Origin: Spirochaetota bacterium
Lineage (GTDB): Bacteria > Spirochaetota > Spirochaetia > Treponematales > UBA12059
DNA length: 59,405 nucleotides
NCBI GenBank assembly: GCA_003247225.1
Contig: QKAK01000098.1
Span: 1-59,405 of the forward strand
Direction: 5' to 3'
In this document: in pieces, positions 1 through 8,671 of the stretch
Layout: every line of letters begins with the position of its first letter
Position numbering within the stretch: position 1 is the first letter of the stretch
Program-made: the position numbers and the translations under genes
Notes under the pieces: generated by a model
What the model was told of the DNA's origin: nothing
Seen by the model: only the letters and a program-made list of their open reading frames with translations
The model's database searches: none

Positions 1-322
1 GGAATGTATACAGGCCTCGTATATCATCTCGGCAGGGCCTGTCCAGGAGGCGGGCCCTTCGCATAGCGAGGGGCGCCGTCTCCTGGACACCCGCCTCCGC
101 GAGCATGCGAGGCCTGGGTACGAGCAAGGTTTACGGGGCGGCGCGTCGTGCCGGGTAGCGGGTAGTGATCACAATCCCGTTCGTGATTTGGTCGAAGCCG
201 TTACGTATGCCGACAGCCGCGCTTTATCTTGTTAATCATGTCCGCATTCATCGTAATCACACCCGCCTCCGCGGAAATGCGAGGCCTGTGTACGAGCCAG
301 ATTCTTAGGGCGCGCGTCGTGC
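1..322. repeat. Composite GC-rich intergenic repeat, copy A (left end cut by window edge)
   Basis: Same module order as 969-1340, 7303-7831 and 10259-10418. It starts with a long imperfect hairpin element: outer stem GTATACAGGCCTCG 6-19 / CGAGGCCTGGGTAC 108-121, apical stem TGTCCAGGAG 40-49 / CTCCTGGACA 80-89, ending GGGGCGGCGCGTCGTG at 150. A GTGATCAC module follows, then a 44-nt AT-rich block (224-267) identical to 1279-1322, then a half-hairpin. Confidence 0.85.
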
Positions 323-324
323 CA

Positions 325-692
325 TTATCTGGCTTTTTTAAAATACTGAATATTCTCTAGTTCTTTAAAGTGCTTGTCTTGTGTCCAAAGAGTTGCGTTA
401 TATTTCCTGCTTGTTGCATATATTATGCTATCTGCCATCGCAAGTTGATTCTCTTTTCCTAACTGCGCCGCAAGAACGGCAAGAGAAGAATCTAGATCAA
501 CCACTTTTCCTTGCTTCATGCTAAAATAGCGCTATCTTCATCTAGCTCAGTTATTAGTTTTTTAAATACTTCATAGAGCGTAATTGATGGTACGACTAGA
601 TCGTCCATATCTTCAATAACCGACGCCATTTTTTCTCCGACCTTACTGCCGGCAAAAAACTCAAGCCAACAAGAGGAATCGACGACATTCAT
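325..692 (-). pseudogene. vapC: PIN-domain toxin VapC, disrupted by a 1-nt frameshift
   Basis: ATG at 692 overlaps the vapB stop (ATGA). The N-terminal 58 codons (MNVVDSSCWLEFF...DEDSAILA*) stop at 516-518. The C-terminal part continues in another frame (ORF 325-519, MKQGKVVDLD...TQDKHF). Adding one T to the T4 run (complement of 523-526) joins both parts into a ~122-aa PIN protein. All four PIN acidic positions are still present. Confidence 0.8.
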
Positions 693-895
693 AATCTATC
701 TTCTTCTCGTATAATCTCTGTATTGATTCCCATAAAGATTCCCATTAAGTCCTTCATAGGACGGATCGGGACTAATTCAATACGATTCCCATACGTTATT
801 ACCTCTAAGGCCGTTCCGACCTTAAGTCCAATATTTTCTCTAATTTCCTTTGGAATAACGACTTGATATTTACTGGACACTGTAACGGTATTCAT
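689..895 (-). CDS. vapB: AbrB/SpoVT-type antitoxin VapB
   Basis: 68 aa starting MNTVTVSSKYQVVIPKEIRENIGL, typical of an AbrB/MazE swapped-hairpin antitoxin. The stop overlaps the vapC start. Low-GC gene in a high-GC context. Confidence 0.8.
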   Translation of the reverse strand: MNTVTVSSKYQVVIPKEIRENIGLKVGTALEVITYGNRIELVPIRPMKDLMGIFMGINTEIIREEDRL

Positions 896-942
896 CGATA
901 GATCCTTAGTACTACATTAGCTCTATCGATCAGGATTGTCAA
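894..942 (-). promoter_or_regulatory. Candidate vapBC promoter with flanking 9-bp inverted repeat (autoregulation operator)
   Basis: On the minus strand: TTGACA (937-942), 17-nt spacer, TAATGT (914-919). A perfect inverted repeat ATCGATAGA (894-902) / TCTATCGAT (922-930) brackets the -10 and overlaps the vapB ATG. Confidence 0.5.
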
Positions 943-968
943 ATCTTCTTCTGCGGGCGGCGTTGGCT

Positions 969-1340
969 GACGCGATACGCCGCCCCATACAAGATCGTGA
1001 ATGTATCCAGGCCTCATAGAGCATCTCGGAGGGTCCTGGCATAGGAAAACGCCCTGCGCTACGCTTGGTCGCTTTTCCTATGCCGCCCATCTCCTCGTGT
1101 ATGCGAGGCCGGGATACGAACAGCTTCCTCGGGGCGGCGCGTCGTGACCGTGCATGGGGCGGCTATCGGTTGTCGGAATTACGTTCGGCGGGGCGGCGCA
1201 TCGTGCCGGTTAGCGGATAGTGATCACAATCCCGTTCGCGATTCGGTCGAAGCTAACATGGCATCCGACACCCGCGTTTTATCTTGTTAATCATGTCCGC
1301 ATTCATCGTAATCACACCCGCCCCCGCGTGCATGCGAGGC
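969..1340. repeat. Composite GC-rich intergenic repeat, copy B
   Basis: Hairpin element 969-1146 with a different but still perfectly complementary apical stem (GGCATAGGAAAA 1038-1049 / TTTTCCTATGCC 1073-1084). It is followed by one ACCGTGCATG...GGCGG module, the GTGATCAC module, the 44-nt AT-rich block 1279-1322 and a half-hairpin. Confidence 0.85.
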
Positions 1341-1456
1341 TTCAGCTCGCGCCCGATCATGGGACGAGCTTGCGCCCGTCCGAGCGCTCGACTATGATTC
1401 AAGGACGCGCTCTTCCATGCAGGAGCGCTATCCTATCCAAGTCGCGGCGGTGAACC

Positions 1457-3994
1457 ATGAAGATCCTGACCCATACCATCAAGCCGAAGATCCCCGAGGC
1501 CCTCGCTCCCCTCGAGGAGATGGCCCATAACCTGTGGATATCGTGGAATTTCGACGCGATCATGCTGTTCATCAGGCTGGACTTCGACGTCTGGGCGCAA
1601 TCGAGGCAGAACCCGGCCAAGATGCTCGGCATGGTATCGCAGGCCCGCTTCGACGAGGCGGCCGTCGACGACTCGTTCCTGGCCGCGCTCCGCGACGTCT
1701 ACGCGAAGTTCCAGGCCTACAAGGACGGCCAGAGCTGGTATAAGGGCTCGTACGAGGATTCGGTGGCGTATTTCTCGATGGAATACGGCATGGACTCGTC
1801 CCTGCCCATCTACTCCGGCGGCCTCGGGATCCTGTCGGGCGACCACATGAAGACCAGCTCCGACCTCGGCCTGCCCCTCGTCGGCGTCGGCCTCCTGTAC
1901 CGGCAGGGCTACTTCAGGCAGTACCTGAACGCCGACGGCTTCCAGCAGGAGGAGTACCCGGAGAACGACTGGTACAACATGCCCGTGTACCGCCGCGAGG
2001 ACGCCTCGGGCCAGCCGGTCAAGATAACGGTCGACATGGCCGGGGAGCAGGTCGTCGCCCAGGTGTGGGAGGTCAAGGTCGGCCGGTCGTCGCTGTTCCT
2101 CCTCGACACCAACATCGACGAGAACACGCCAGCGAACCGCCTGATCACCGCCACCCTGTACGGAGGCGACAAGGAGACGCGCATCCGCCAGGAGATTCTC
2201 CTCGGCATAGGCGGCATCCGCGCGCTCAAGGCGGTCGGCGTCAACCCGGTCGTCGCGCACATGAACGAGGGCCACGCCGCCTTCCTCGGCCTCGAGCGCG
2301 TCCGCGAGGCGATGCAGTCGTCGGGCCTGAACTTCCAGCAAGCTTCGCAGGCGCTCTGGTCGACGAACATCTTCACGACCCATACCCCGGTACCCGCCGG
2401 CAACGAACGCTTCGGCGTCGACCTGATGGAGAAGTACTTCAAGGGCTGGGCCGCGACGCTCGGGCTCGACTGGAAGGCCTTCCTGGCGCTCGGCCGCGAG
2501 AGGCCCCACGACGACGCCGAGCCGTTCTGCATGACGGTGCTGGCGCTCAAGCTGTCCGCCTACGCGAACGGCGTCTCGGAGCTGCACGGCCACGTCTCCC
2601 GCGATATGTGGAAGGAGATCTGGCCGGGCCTGCCGACCGACGAGGTGCCGATAGGCTACGTGACCAACGGCGTCCACCCGCGCACCTGGATACCGTACAC
2701 CCTGCTCGAGGTGCTCGACCGCTATTTCGGGCCCCGCTTCGCCGAGGACCCGACTAACCTGGACATCTGGGACCGCATAGACCGGATCAGCGACGATGAG
2801 CTGTGGCGCACGCACGAGCGGCGGCGCGAGCGCCTCGTCGCGTTCGCCCGCGACCGCCTCAAGAAGGAGATGCGCCGGATGGGCGTCTCCGAGAAGGGCC
2901 TGGCCAGGGCCGACGACGCGCTGTCCCCGTCGGCGCTGACGATCAGCTTCGCCCGACGCTTCGCCACGTACAAGCGCGGCAACCTGCTCCTGACCGACCC
3001 CGACCGCCTGCTCAGGCTCCTGTCCGACAAGGACAGGCCGCTGCAGATCATCTTCGCCGGCAAGGCCCACCCGCACGACATGCCCGGCAAGGAGATCATC
3101 AAGGAGCTGGTGCACTTCTCGCGGCGCGACGACGTGGCGGGCCGCATCGTCTTCCTCGAGGACTACGACATGACGATGGCCCGCTATATGACCTCGGGCT
3201 CCGACGTCTGGCTCAACACCCCTAGGCGGCCCCTCGAGGCCTCGGGCACGAGCGGCATGAAGGCCGGGATGAACGGCGTGCTCAATTGCTCGATACTCGA
3301 CGGATGGTGGGCCGAGGGCTACGCTCCGGAGCGCGGCTGGGCCATCGGCAAGGGCGAGGAGTACGCCGACACCGAGCTGCAGGACGAGGTCGAGTCCAAG
3401 GCGCTGTACGACCTGCTCGAGCGCGAGATCATCCCGACCTTCTACGAGCGCGGCCGCGACGGCCTGCCCCGCGACTGGATCCGCATGATGAAGTGCTCGA
3501 TACGCGACGTCGGCAAGAACTTCTCGTTCCACCGGACCCTGATGGAGTATACCGATCGCTACTACCTGCCCGCGCTCGAGAACGCGCGCAGGCTCCGTTC
3601 CGAGGGCTTCGGCAAGGCCAAGGAGACCGCGGAGTACCTCGAGCTGGCCAGGCGCGAGTGGCAGCACGTAGCCGTCGAGGACGTCAGGTCTACGGCGAGG
3701 CCGGTCATGGAGCGGGGCGACGCGGTGCGCGTCGAGGCTCGCGTCCGCGTCGGCGCGCTCAAGCCGGAGCAGGTCCTCGTCGAGCTGTACCACGGCCCCG
3801 TCTCGAGCACCGGCGAGATCTACGCCCCCGCCAGGGTCGAGATGAAGGCCGGCGCGTCGCAGGGCGGCGCCTACGAGTACTCGGTGGAGGTGGCCTGCGA
3901 GTCGACCGGCCAGCACGGCTACTCGGTCCGCGTGCTGCCGCGGCACGAGGGACTCGCGCACCCGTTCATCCCGGGCCTGGTGCGCTGGGCCTGA
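1457..3994 (+). CDS. glgP: Alpha-glucan (glycogen/maltodextrin) phosphorylase, GT35
   Basis: 845 aa. N-terminal DUF3417-like region, SGGLGILSGDH, and the PLP-lysine region EASGTSGMKAGMNGVLNCSILDGWW. Confidence 0.93.
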   Translation: MKILTHTIKPKIPEALAPLEEMAHNLWISWNFDAIMLFIRLDFDVWAQSRQNPAKMLGMVSQARFDEAAVDDSFLAALRDVYAKFQAYKDGQSWYKGSYEDSVAYFSMEYGMDSSLPIYSGGLGILSGDHMKTSSDLGLPLVGVGLLYRQGYFRQYLNADGFQQEEYPENDWYNMPVYRREDASGQPVKITVDMAGEQVVAQVWEVKVGRSSLFLLDTNIDENTPANRLITATLYGGDKETRIRQEILLGIGGIRALKAVGVNPVVAHMNEGHAAFLGLERVREAMQSSGLNFQQASQALWSTNIFTTHTPVPAGNERFGVDLMEKYFKGWAATLGLDWKAFLALGRERPHDDAEPFCMTVLALKLSAYANGVSELHGHVSRDMWKEIWPGLPTDEVPIGYVTNGVHPRTWIPYTLLEVLDRYFGPRFAEDPTNLDIWDRIDRISDDELWRTHERRRERLVAFARDRLKKEMRRMGVSEKGLARADDALSPSALTISFARRFATYKRGNLLLTDPDRLLRLLSDKDRPLQIIFAGKAHPHDMPGKEIIKELVHFSRRDDVAGRIVFLEDYDMTMARYMTSGSDVWLNTPRRPLEASGTSGMKAGMNGVLNCSILDGWWAEGYAPERGWAIGKGEEYADTELQDEVESKALYDLLEREIIPTFYERGRDGLPRDWIRMMKCSIRDVGKNFSFHRTLMEYTDRYYLPALENARRLRSEGFGKAKETAEYLELARREWQHVAVEDVRSTARPVMERGDAVRVEARVRVGALKPEQVLVELYHGPVSSTGEIYAPARVEMKAGASQGGAYEYSVEVACESTGQHGYSVRVLPRHEGLAHPFIPGLVRWA

Positions 3995-4060
3995 GGCCGG
4001 AAGGCGTCGCGAGCGTTCCCGCCGGCGGCGACGGCCCACGCGCGCCGCCGGCGGCCGTCC

Positions 4061-4402
4061 CTACGCTCGGAGGCCCTCCAGGTTAGCCCGGGCCTCGGGC
4101 ACGTCGGCCATGAACCGCCGGATGCGCTCGCAGGCCTCGAACTCGGCGCACCCGGCGCAGGTAGCGAGCCCCTTGGCTATCGCGCACAGGCGCATATCGC
4201 ATTCGGCGCAATGGCCTATCTTGGCGCCGTCGCCGGAGCAGCCGACGCACTCGACCAAGGCCGGGTCCGCCGGGAAACCGAACGCGGCGTTCCACTTGGC
4301 GGCCGTCTCGGCCCTCAGCGCGTCGTCGTCGTTCAGCGTCGCTACGCGGGCGGGGCAGGCGGCGCAGTCGAGGCCGCAGTACGCTATCATCCTCTCCATC
4401 AC
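4061..4402 (-). CDS. DUF3795 Cys-rich (zinc-binding) protein
   Basis: 113 aa with YCGLDCAACP...CVGC...CAECDMRLC...CAGC, the cysteine pattern typical of DUF3795. Confidence 0.75.
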   Translation of the reverse strand: MMERMIAYCGLDCAACPARVATLNDDDALRAETAAKWNAAFGFPADPALVECVGCSGDGAKIGHCAECDMRLCAIAKGLATCAGCAEFEACERIRRFMADVPEARANLEGLRA

Positions 4403-4444
4403 ATGGCTCCTCTCGAATCGGAATGAAGCCAGGATAACGCGGCC

Positions 4445-5368
4445 TCACTGACAGTTCGCGTCAGCTATCCCGAGGGCCGCATCGCGGAGCGCGGCGCGCA
4501 GGCTATCGGGCTCGAGCACCCGGACGCCGGGGCCGAAGCCGAGCAGGAAGCGGACGAGCCAGCTCCCCGCGGGATACTCGAACGATAAGACGGTCCCGCC
4601 GCCGGGCGCCTCCTCGGCGACGGCCTCCGGTACGGCCTCGAGCAGGGCCCGCGCGACGCGCGGCTCGGCCGCGAGCCGTATCGCCGTGAATTCCTCGTCC
4701 CAGCCCGAGCCGAGGGCCGGCGCCGGCAGCCGGGACTCCGGGTCGTAGCGGTCGGCGAGGATACGGACGCCCGACATCCTCGACAGCTTGAAGAGGCGCC
4801 AATCGTCCCGCGACAGGCAATAGCCGTGCAGGTACCAGGCGGGGCCGAGCAGGGCCAGCGTGAACGGCTCGACGCGGCGCTCGCTTGCCTCGCCGGCGGC
4901 GTCGCGGTAGGAGAACGACACGACCCGCCGCTCGGTTATCGCCCTCCTGACCGACAGCACCGCCGACGGGTCGGGCTCGGGCGCGCCCCACGGCGACGGG
5001 GCGGCCATGATGGGCGGGGGCGGCCCGGCGGCTCCGGGCCGCCCCCCGCCGAGCGACGACAGCTTGCCTAGGGAACGGGCCAGCCGCTCGTCCTTGAGCG
5101 TATCCGAGAAGCCCGACAGCAGCCCGGTCAGGTCGCGCAGCTCGTCGCGGGTCAGGAAGCTCCTGTCCACGCGGTAGGCGGGATCGATCGAGTAGCCGCC
5201 GCCGGTGCCGGCCTCTGCGCATACCGGCACGCCGGCCACGCAGAGCGAGTCGATGTCGCGGTACACGGTGCGCTCGGATACCTCGAAGCGCGCGGACAGC
5301 TCGGCCGCGGTCTTCTTGCCCTCGTTGAGCAGGCAGTCGAGGATGGCTATGAGCCGTTCGTGCTTCAT
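4445..5368 (-). CDS. YafY-family transcriptional regulator (HTH + WYL domain)
   Basis: 307 aa. N-terminal MKHERLIAILDCLLNEGKKTAAELSARFEVSERTVYRDIDSL, followed by WYL-like and C-terminal WCX-like regions. Confidence 0.85.
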   Translation of the reverse strand: MKHERLIAILDCLLNEGKKTAAELSARFEVSERTVYRDIDSLCVAGVPVCAEAGTGGGYSIDPAYRVDRSFLTRDELRDLTGLLSGFSDTLKDERLARSLGKLSSLGGGRPGAAGPPPPIMAAPSPWGAPEPDPSAVLSVRRAITERRVVSFSYRDAAGEASERRVEPFTLALLGPAWYLHGYCLSRDDWRLFKLSRMSGVRILADRYDPESRLPAPALGSGWDEEFTAIRLAAEPRVARALLEAVPEAVAEEAPGGGTVLSFEYPAGSWLVRFLLGFGPGVRVLEPDSLRAALRDAALGIADANCQ

Positions 5369-5448
5369 TCCTGGCTCCTCGCGTCGTCGCGTTGACTAGT
5401 TCGTCGAGCGCTTATACTATCGCGTAAACCGATACTCGTGGAGCCGTC

Positions 5449-7320
5449 GTGAACCCTACCGTACGCCCGCGCCCCTGTTCCCCGTGGGGGGAGCGCCTCG
5501 ACCCGTCGTCGCCGTTACCCGAATATCCGAGGCCGCAGCTATCCAGGCCCGACTGGCTGTCGCTCAACGGCCCCTGGGACTACGCGATCCGTCCGTCGGC
5601 CGCCGGGCCGCTATCGTCCGAGCCGGCCCCCGATTCATGGGACGGGCCGATCGTCGTGCCGTTCGCCGTCGAGTCGGCGCTGTCCGGCGTCGGCAGGGCG
5701 CTCCGGCCCGACGAGACGCTCTGGTACCGGAGGACCGTACGCGTCCCCGAGGCCTGGGCGGGCCGCCGCGTCGCGCTGCGCTTCGAGGCGGTCGACTACC
5801 TCGCGGCCGCGTTCGTAGACGGCCGCCCCGTAGGCGAGCACCGCGGCGGCTACCTGCCGTTCTCGTTCGAGCTGCCGCCCGTCGGGCCGGGCGAAGGATC
5901 CGTCGAGCGCGAGATAGTCGTCGCCGTGCGCGACCCGAGCGACGCGGGCCTCCAGCAGCGCGGCAAGCAGGCGCTCGAGCCGGCCGGCATCCTCTACACG
6001 GCGACCAGCGGCATCTGGCAGACCGTCTGGCTCGAGCCGCTCCCGGCCGGCAACGCCATCCTCGGCTTCCGGGCCGAGGCCGCGGCGGGCCTCGACGGCG
6101 TCGAGGCCCTCGTCGACGCGGAGCGGCCCGCCGAGGTCGTCATCCGCGCGGCCCTGCCGGACGGCGGCCGCGTCGAGGCGCGAGGCCGCTCCGGCGAGCC
6201 CATCGCCGTCGCGGTACCGGAGGCGCGCCGCTGGTCGCCCGACGATCCGTACCTCTATGACGTCGTCGTCGAGCTGCTCGGGCCGGGCGGCGCGGTAACG
6301 GACCGGGCCGGCTCGTACTTCGCGATACGCCGCGTCGACCTCGGCCCGGCGCCCGGCTCCTCCTCGGCAGGGCGGACGGACGGGCGCCCCTTCGTACGCT
6401 TGAACGGCGAGCCTATCCTGATCCACGCGCCGCTCGACCAAGGCTACTGGCCGGAGTCGGGCATGACCCCGCCGGCCGACGAGGCACTCGTCTTCGATAT
6501 CGAGGCCATGCGGGCTCTCGGCTTCAACGGCCTCCGCAAGCACGTCAAGATAGAGTCGCGGCGCTTCTACTGGCACTGCGACCGCCTCGGTACCCTCGTC
6601 ATCCAGGACGCCGTGTCCGGGGGCGTCAACCGATCGGCCGGGAACTTCAAGGTCGCCATGCCGATGATACTCGGCTTCCACCTCGGCGACCGCTCGCGGC
6701 GGGCAATGCGCCTCGCGGGCCGGGCCGACCCCGACGACCGCGCCGAGTTCGAATCCGACCTGGCCGGCATGATAGGCCTGCTCAGGCCCCATCCGTCGGT
6801 CGTCATGTGGACCGTCTTCAACGAGTCCTGGGGCCAGTTCGAGTCGGAGCGCGTCGTCGAGGAAGTGCGCCGGATCGACCCGACCCGCCTCGTCGACGCC
6901 GTCTCCGGCTGGCACGACCGGGGCGGCGGCGACTTCCGCAGCCGCCACACCTACCTGGTCAAGCTGCGCCGCCCTCCGAGGTCCGATCGTCGGCCGTACT
7001 TCGTCTCCGAGTACGGCGGCTACAACCTCGCGGTGCCGGGCCACATGTGGGACGACGAGGCGCGCTTCGGCTACCGCTTCTATGACGACGGCGCGTCGCT
7101 CCAGGAAGGCTACGCGCGCCTGATCCGCGACGAGCTCGTACCCCTCGTACGCCGCGGCCTCCGCGTCGCGGTCTATACCCAAGTCTCGGACGTCGAGATC
7201 GAGAGCAACGGGTTCTACACCTACGATCGCAAGGTCCTCAAGTTCGACGCCGCCACGGTCCGTGCGCTCAACGAGGAGCTGTACGCGGCCCACGAAAGGC
7301 TACACGACGCGCCGCCCTGA
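5449..7320 (+). CDS. Glycoside hydrolase family 2 protein (sugar-binding, Ig-like and TIM-barrel domains)
   Basis: 623 aa from a GTG start with GTGGAG upstream. Contains WYRRTVRVPEAW...LRFEAVDYLAAAFVDGRPVGEHRGGYLPFSFEL and NESWGQ. The last codons and the stop lie inside the repeat's terminal inverted repeat (7303-7320). Confidence 0.8.
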   Translation: MNPTVRPRPCSPWGERLDPSSPLPEYPRPQLSRPDWLSLNGPWDYAIRPSAAGPLSSEPAPDSWDGPIVVPFAVESALSGVGRALRPDETLWYRRTVRVPEAWAGRRVALRFEAVDYLAAAFVDGRPVGEHRGGYLPFSFELPPVGPGEGSVEREIVVAVRDPSDAGLQQRGKQALEPAGILYTATSGIWQTVWLEPLPAGNAILGFRAEAAAGLDGVEALVDAERPAEVVIRAALPDGGRVEARGRSGEPIAVAVPEARRWSPDDPYLYDVVVELLGPGGAVTDRAGSYFAIRRVDLGPAPGSSSAGRTDGRPFVRLNGEPILIHAPLDQGYWPESGMTPPADEALVFDIEAMRALGFNGLRKHVKIESRRFYWHCDRLGTLVIQDAVSGGVNRSAGNFKVAMPMILGFHLGDRSRRAMRLAGRADPDDRAEFESDLAGMIGLLRPHPSVVMWTVFNESWGQFESERVVEEVRRIDPTRLVDAVSGWHDRGGGDFRSRHTYLVKLRRPPRSDRRPYFVSEYGGYNLAVPGHMWDDEARFGYRFYDDGASLQEGYARLIRDELVPLVRRGLRVAVYTQVSDVEIESNGFYTYDRKVLKFDAATVRALNEELYAAHERLHDAPP

Positions 7321-7831
7321 TGCTCGGGAATGTATACAGGCCTCGCCGCCGTTAACCTGCGAGCGGAAGCGAGCCAGGTTAAATGACGGCCGGCGATCGC
7401 CGCGACAGTCGGCGATCGCGATCATCTCGGAGGGTCCTGTCCAGAAGCCGTGACCCTCGCTCACGCGAGGGCCGACGACTCGGAGACACCCCCCTCCGCG
7501 TTTATGCGAGGCCTGGGTACGAGCAAGGTTTTCGGGGCGGCGCGCCGTGACCGTGCATGAGTCGGGTATCGGTAGCCTGGATTCAGTACGGCGGGGCGGC
7601 GCGTCGTGACCGTGCATGAGTCGGGTATCGGTAGTCTGGATTCAGTACGGCGGAGCGGCGCGTCGTACCGGTTAGCGGGGCGGATATCAGTCGCCTCTAT
7701 CGGACCCGGTCGAACCATGGTTGGCATCCGATAGCCGCGTTTTATCTTGTTCATCATGTCCCTATTAGTCGTATCGAACGCTCCTCCCCATATGCGCGAG
7801 GCCTGGGTACGAATAAGGATCTCGGGGCGGC
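7303..7831. repeat. Composite GC-rich intergenic repeat, copy C (most complete)
   Basis: The left terminal repeat CACGACGCGCCGCCC (7303-7317) is the reverse complement of GGGCGGCGCG(C/T)CGTG at 7535-7549. A 75-bp unit of the 11150-11612 array is nested at 7346-7420. A 59-bp module is tandemly repeated about 2.3 times (7533-7669, 2 mismatches between full units). The AT-rich block and a half-hairpin sit at the right end. Confidence 0.85.
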
Positions 7832-7848
7832 AGGCTCGATCGGGAGGG

Positions 7849-8559
7849 CTAGAAAGAAACCTCCGCCGACGGCTTCACCTCGACCCCCGGCATCAGCGAC
7901 CAGGCGCGGTTCATCGCCGCAATCTCCTCCCGGGCCCCGCCCGCGTCCCGTACCGTATGCGTATCCGACGGTACGACGACGCGGTAGCCCCTCGCCAACG
8001 CGCCCTTGACCGTGGCGTTGACGCAGCCTCCGCTCGACATGCCGCAGATCACCACCGTGCCCACCCCGGCCCGGTCGAAGATACCCGTCAAGCCCGAGCC
8101 GTTGAAGCCGTCGCTCGCCGTCTTGACGTACGGATAGTGCCCTGGCCCCTCGGCGAGCGGCGCGGCGAGCTCGAATTCGGGCGATCCCATGCCCATTCCG
8201 AACTCGTCCATATAACCCCACGCGACCATGGCCCCGGCCACGTCGGCCCGGGCGACGAGCGAGGCTATGCCCGAGAGTACCGTTTCCTGGTCGAAGGCAG
8301 GCATCATGCCCGCCTGAATGTCTATGACCAGCAACGCGACGCCGGCGAGCGAGGCCCGATCCGCCGGCGAGTACAGAGGCGGGACGGGCTCGCGCTCGAA
8401 GCGCGACGCGACGGACGCCCGGCGGATCGCCGCCTCGTCCGGTACGGGGGCCTCCGCCGTCGCCGGGCGAGCGTCGGTCCCGGGATAGGTAGAGCAGGAG
8501 CAGAGCGCCAGTAGGAAAGCCGCCGCGCACGCTGGCGCGACGAAAGACGTACGACGCAT
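7849..8559 (-). CDS. Isochorismatase-family cysteine hydrolase, predicted lipoprotein
   Basis: 236 aa. Signal peptide with lipobox (FLLALCSC), LLVIDIQ, and VVICGMSSGGCVNATVKGALARGYRVVVPSD. Confidence 0.75.
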   Translation of the reverse strand: MRRTSFVAPACAAAFLLALCSCSTYPGTDARPATAEAPVPDEAAIRRASVASRFEREPVPPLYSPADRASLAGVALLVIDIQAGMMPAFDQETVLSGIASLVARADVAGAMVAWGYMDEFGMGMGSPEFELAAPLAEGPGHYPYVKTASDGFNGSGLTGIFDRAGVGTVVICGMSSGGCVNATVKGALARGYRVVVPSDTHTVRDAGGAREEIAAMNRAWSLMPGVEVKPSAEVSF

Positions 8560-8671
8560 GATATCCTCCTCGAGTATAGTCGGGCCTGGACTGATTATAC
8601 TGTGTCACTTATAATACGACAAGAATATTTATGACACTATTACTGAATCAAGAGAACCGAAGGAGGAACCC

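Noticed and set aside
222-272. Small ORF conserved on the minus strand of the AT-rich repeat block (MNADMINKIKRGCR..., also at ~1266-1319 and 7461-7757)
   Set aside because: The conservation is explained by nucleotide identity of the repeat. The frames end at different points in each copy (16, 17 and 98 codons). There is no convincing SD.
1-1340. Integron-like gene cassette (TA genes between structured repeats, resembling attC sites)
   Set aside because: No intI integrase or attI is present. The repeats are much larger than attC. I found no R''(RYYYAAC)...R'(GTTRRRY) pair in the required orientation: the GTTAGC...GCTAAC pair in copy B is the reverse order.
1433-4039. Very long ORFs antisense to or overlapping real genes. 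Examples: 1433-4039(-), 5635-7293(-), 13913-15724(+), 19661-21796(+), 22608-25052(+), 28321-30834(+), 40237-41703(-), 48209-51193(+).
   Set aside because: Their products are Arg/Ala/Gly/Pro-rich and low-complexity with no motifs. They mirror genes that have clear family signatures. Such shadow ORFs are expected in high-GC DNA because stop codons are rare.
4083-4448. 121-aa ORF overlapping the DUF3795 gene in another frame
   Set aside because: It is Arg-rich and low-complexity, whereas the 4061-4402 frame gives the characteristic DUF3795 cysteine pattern.
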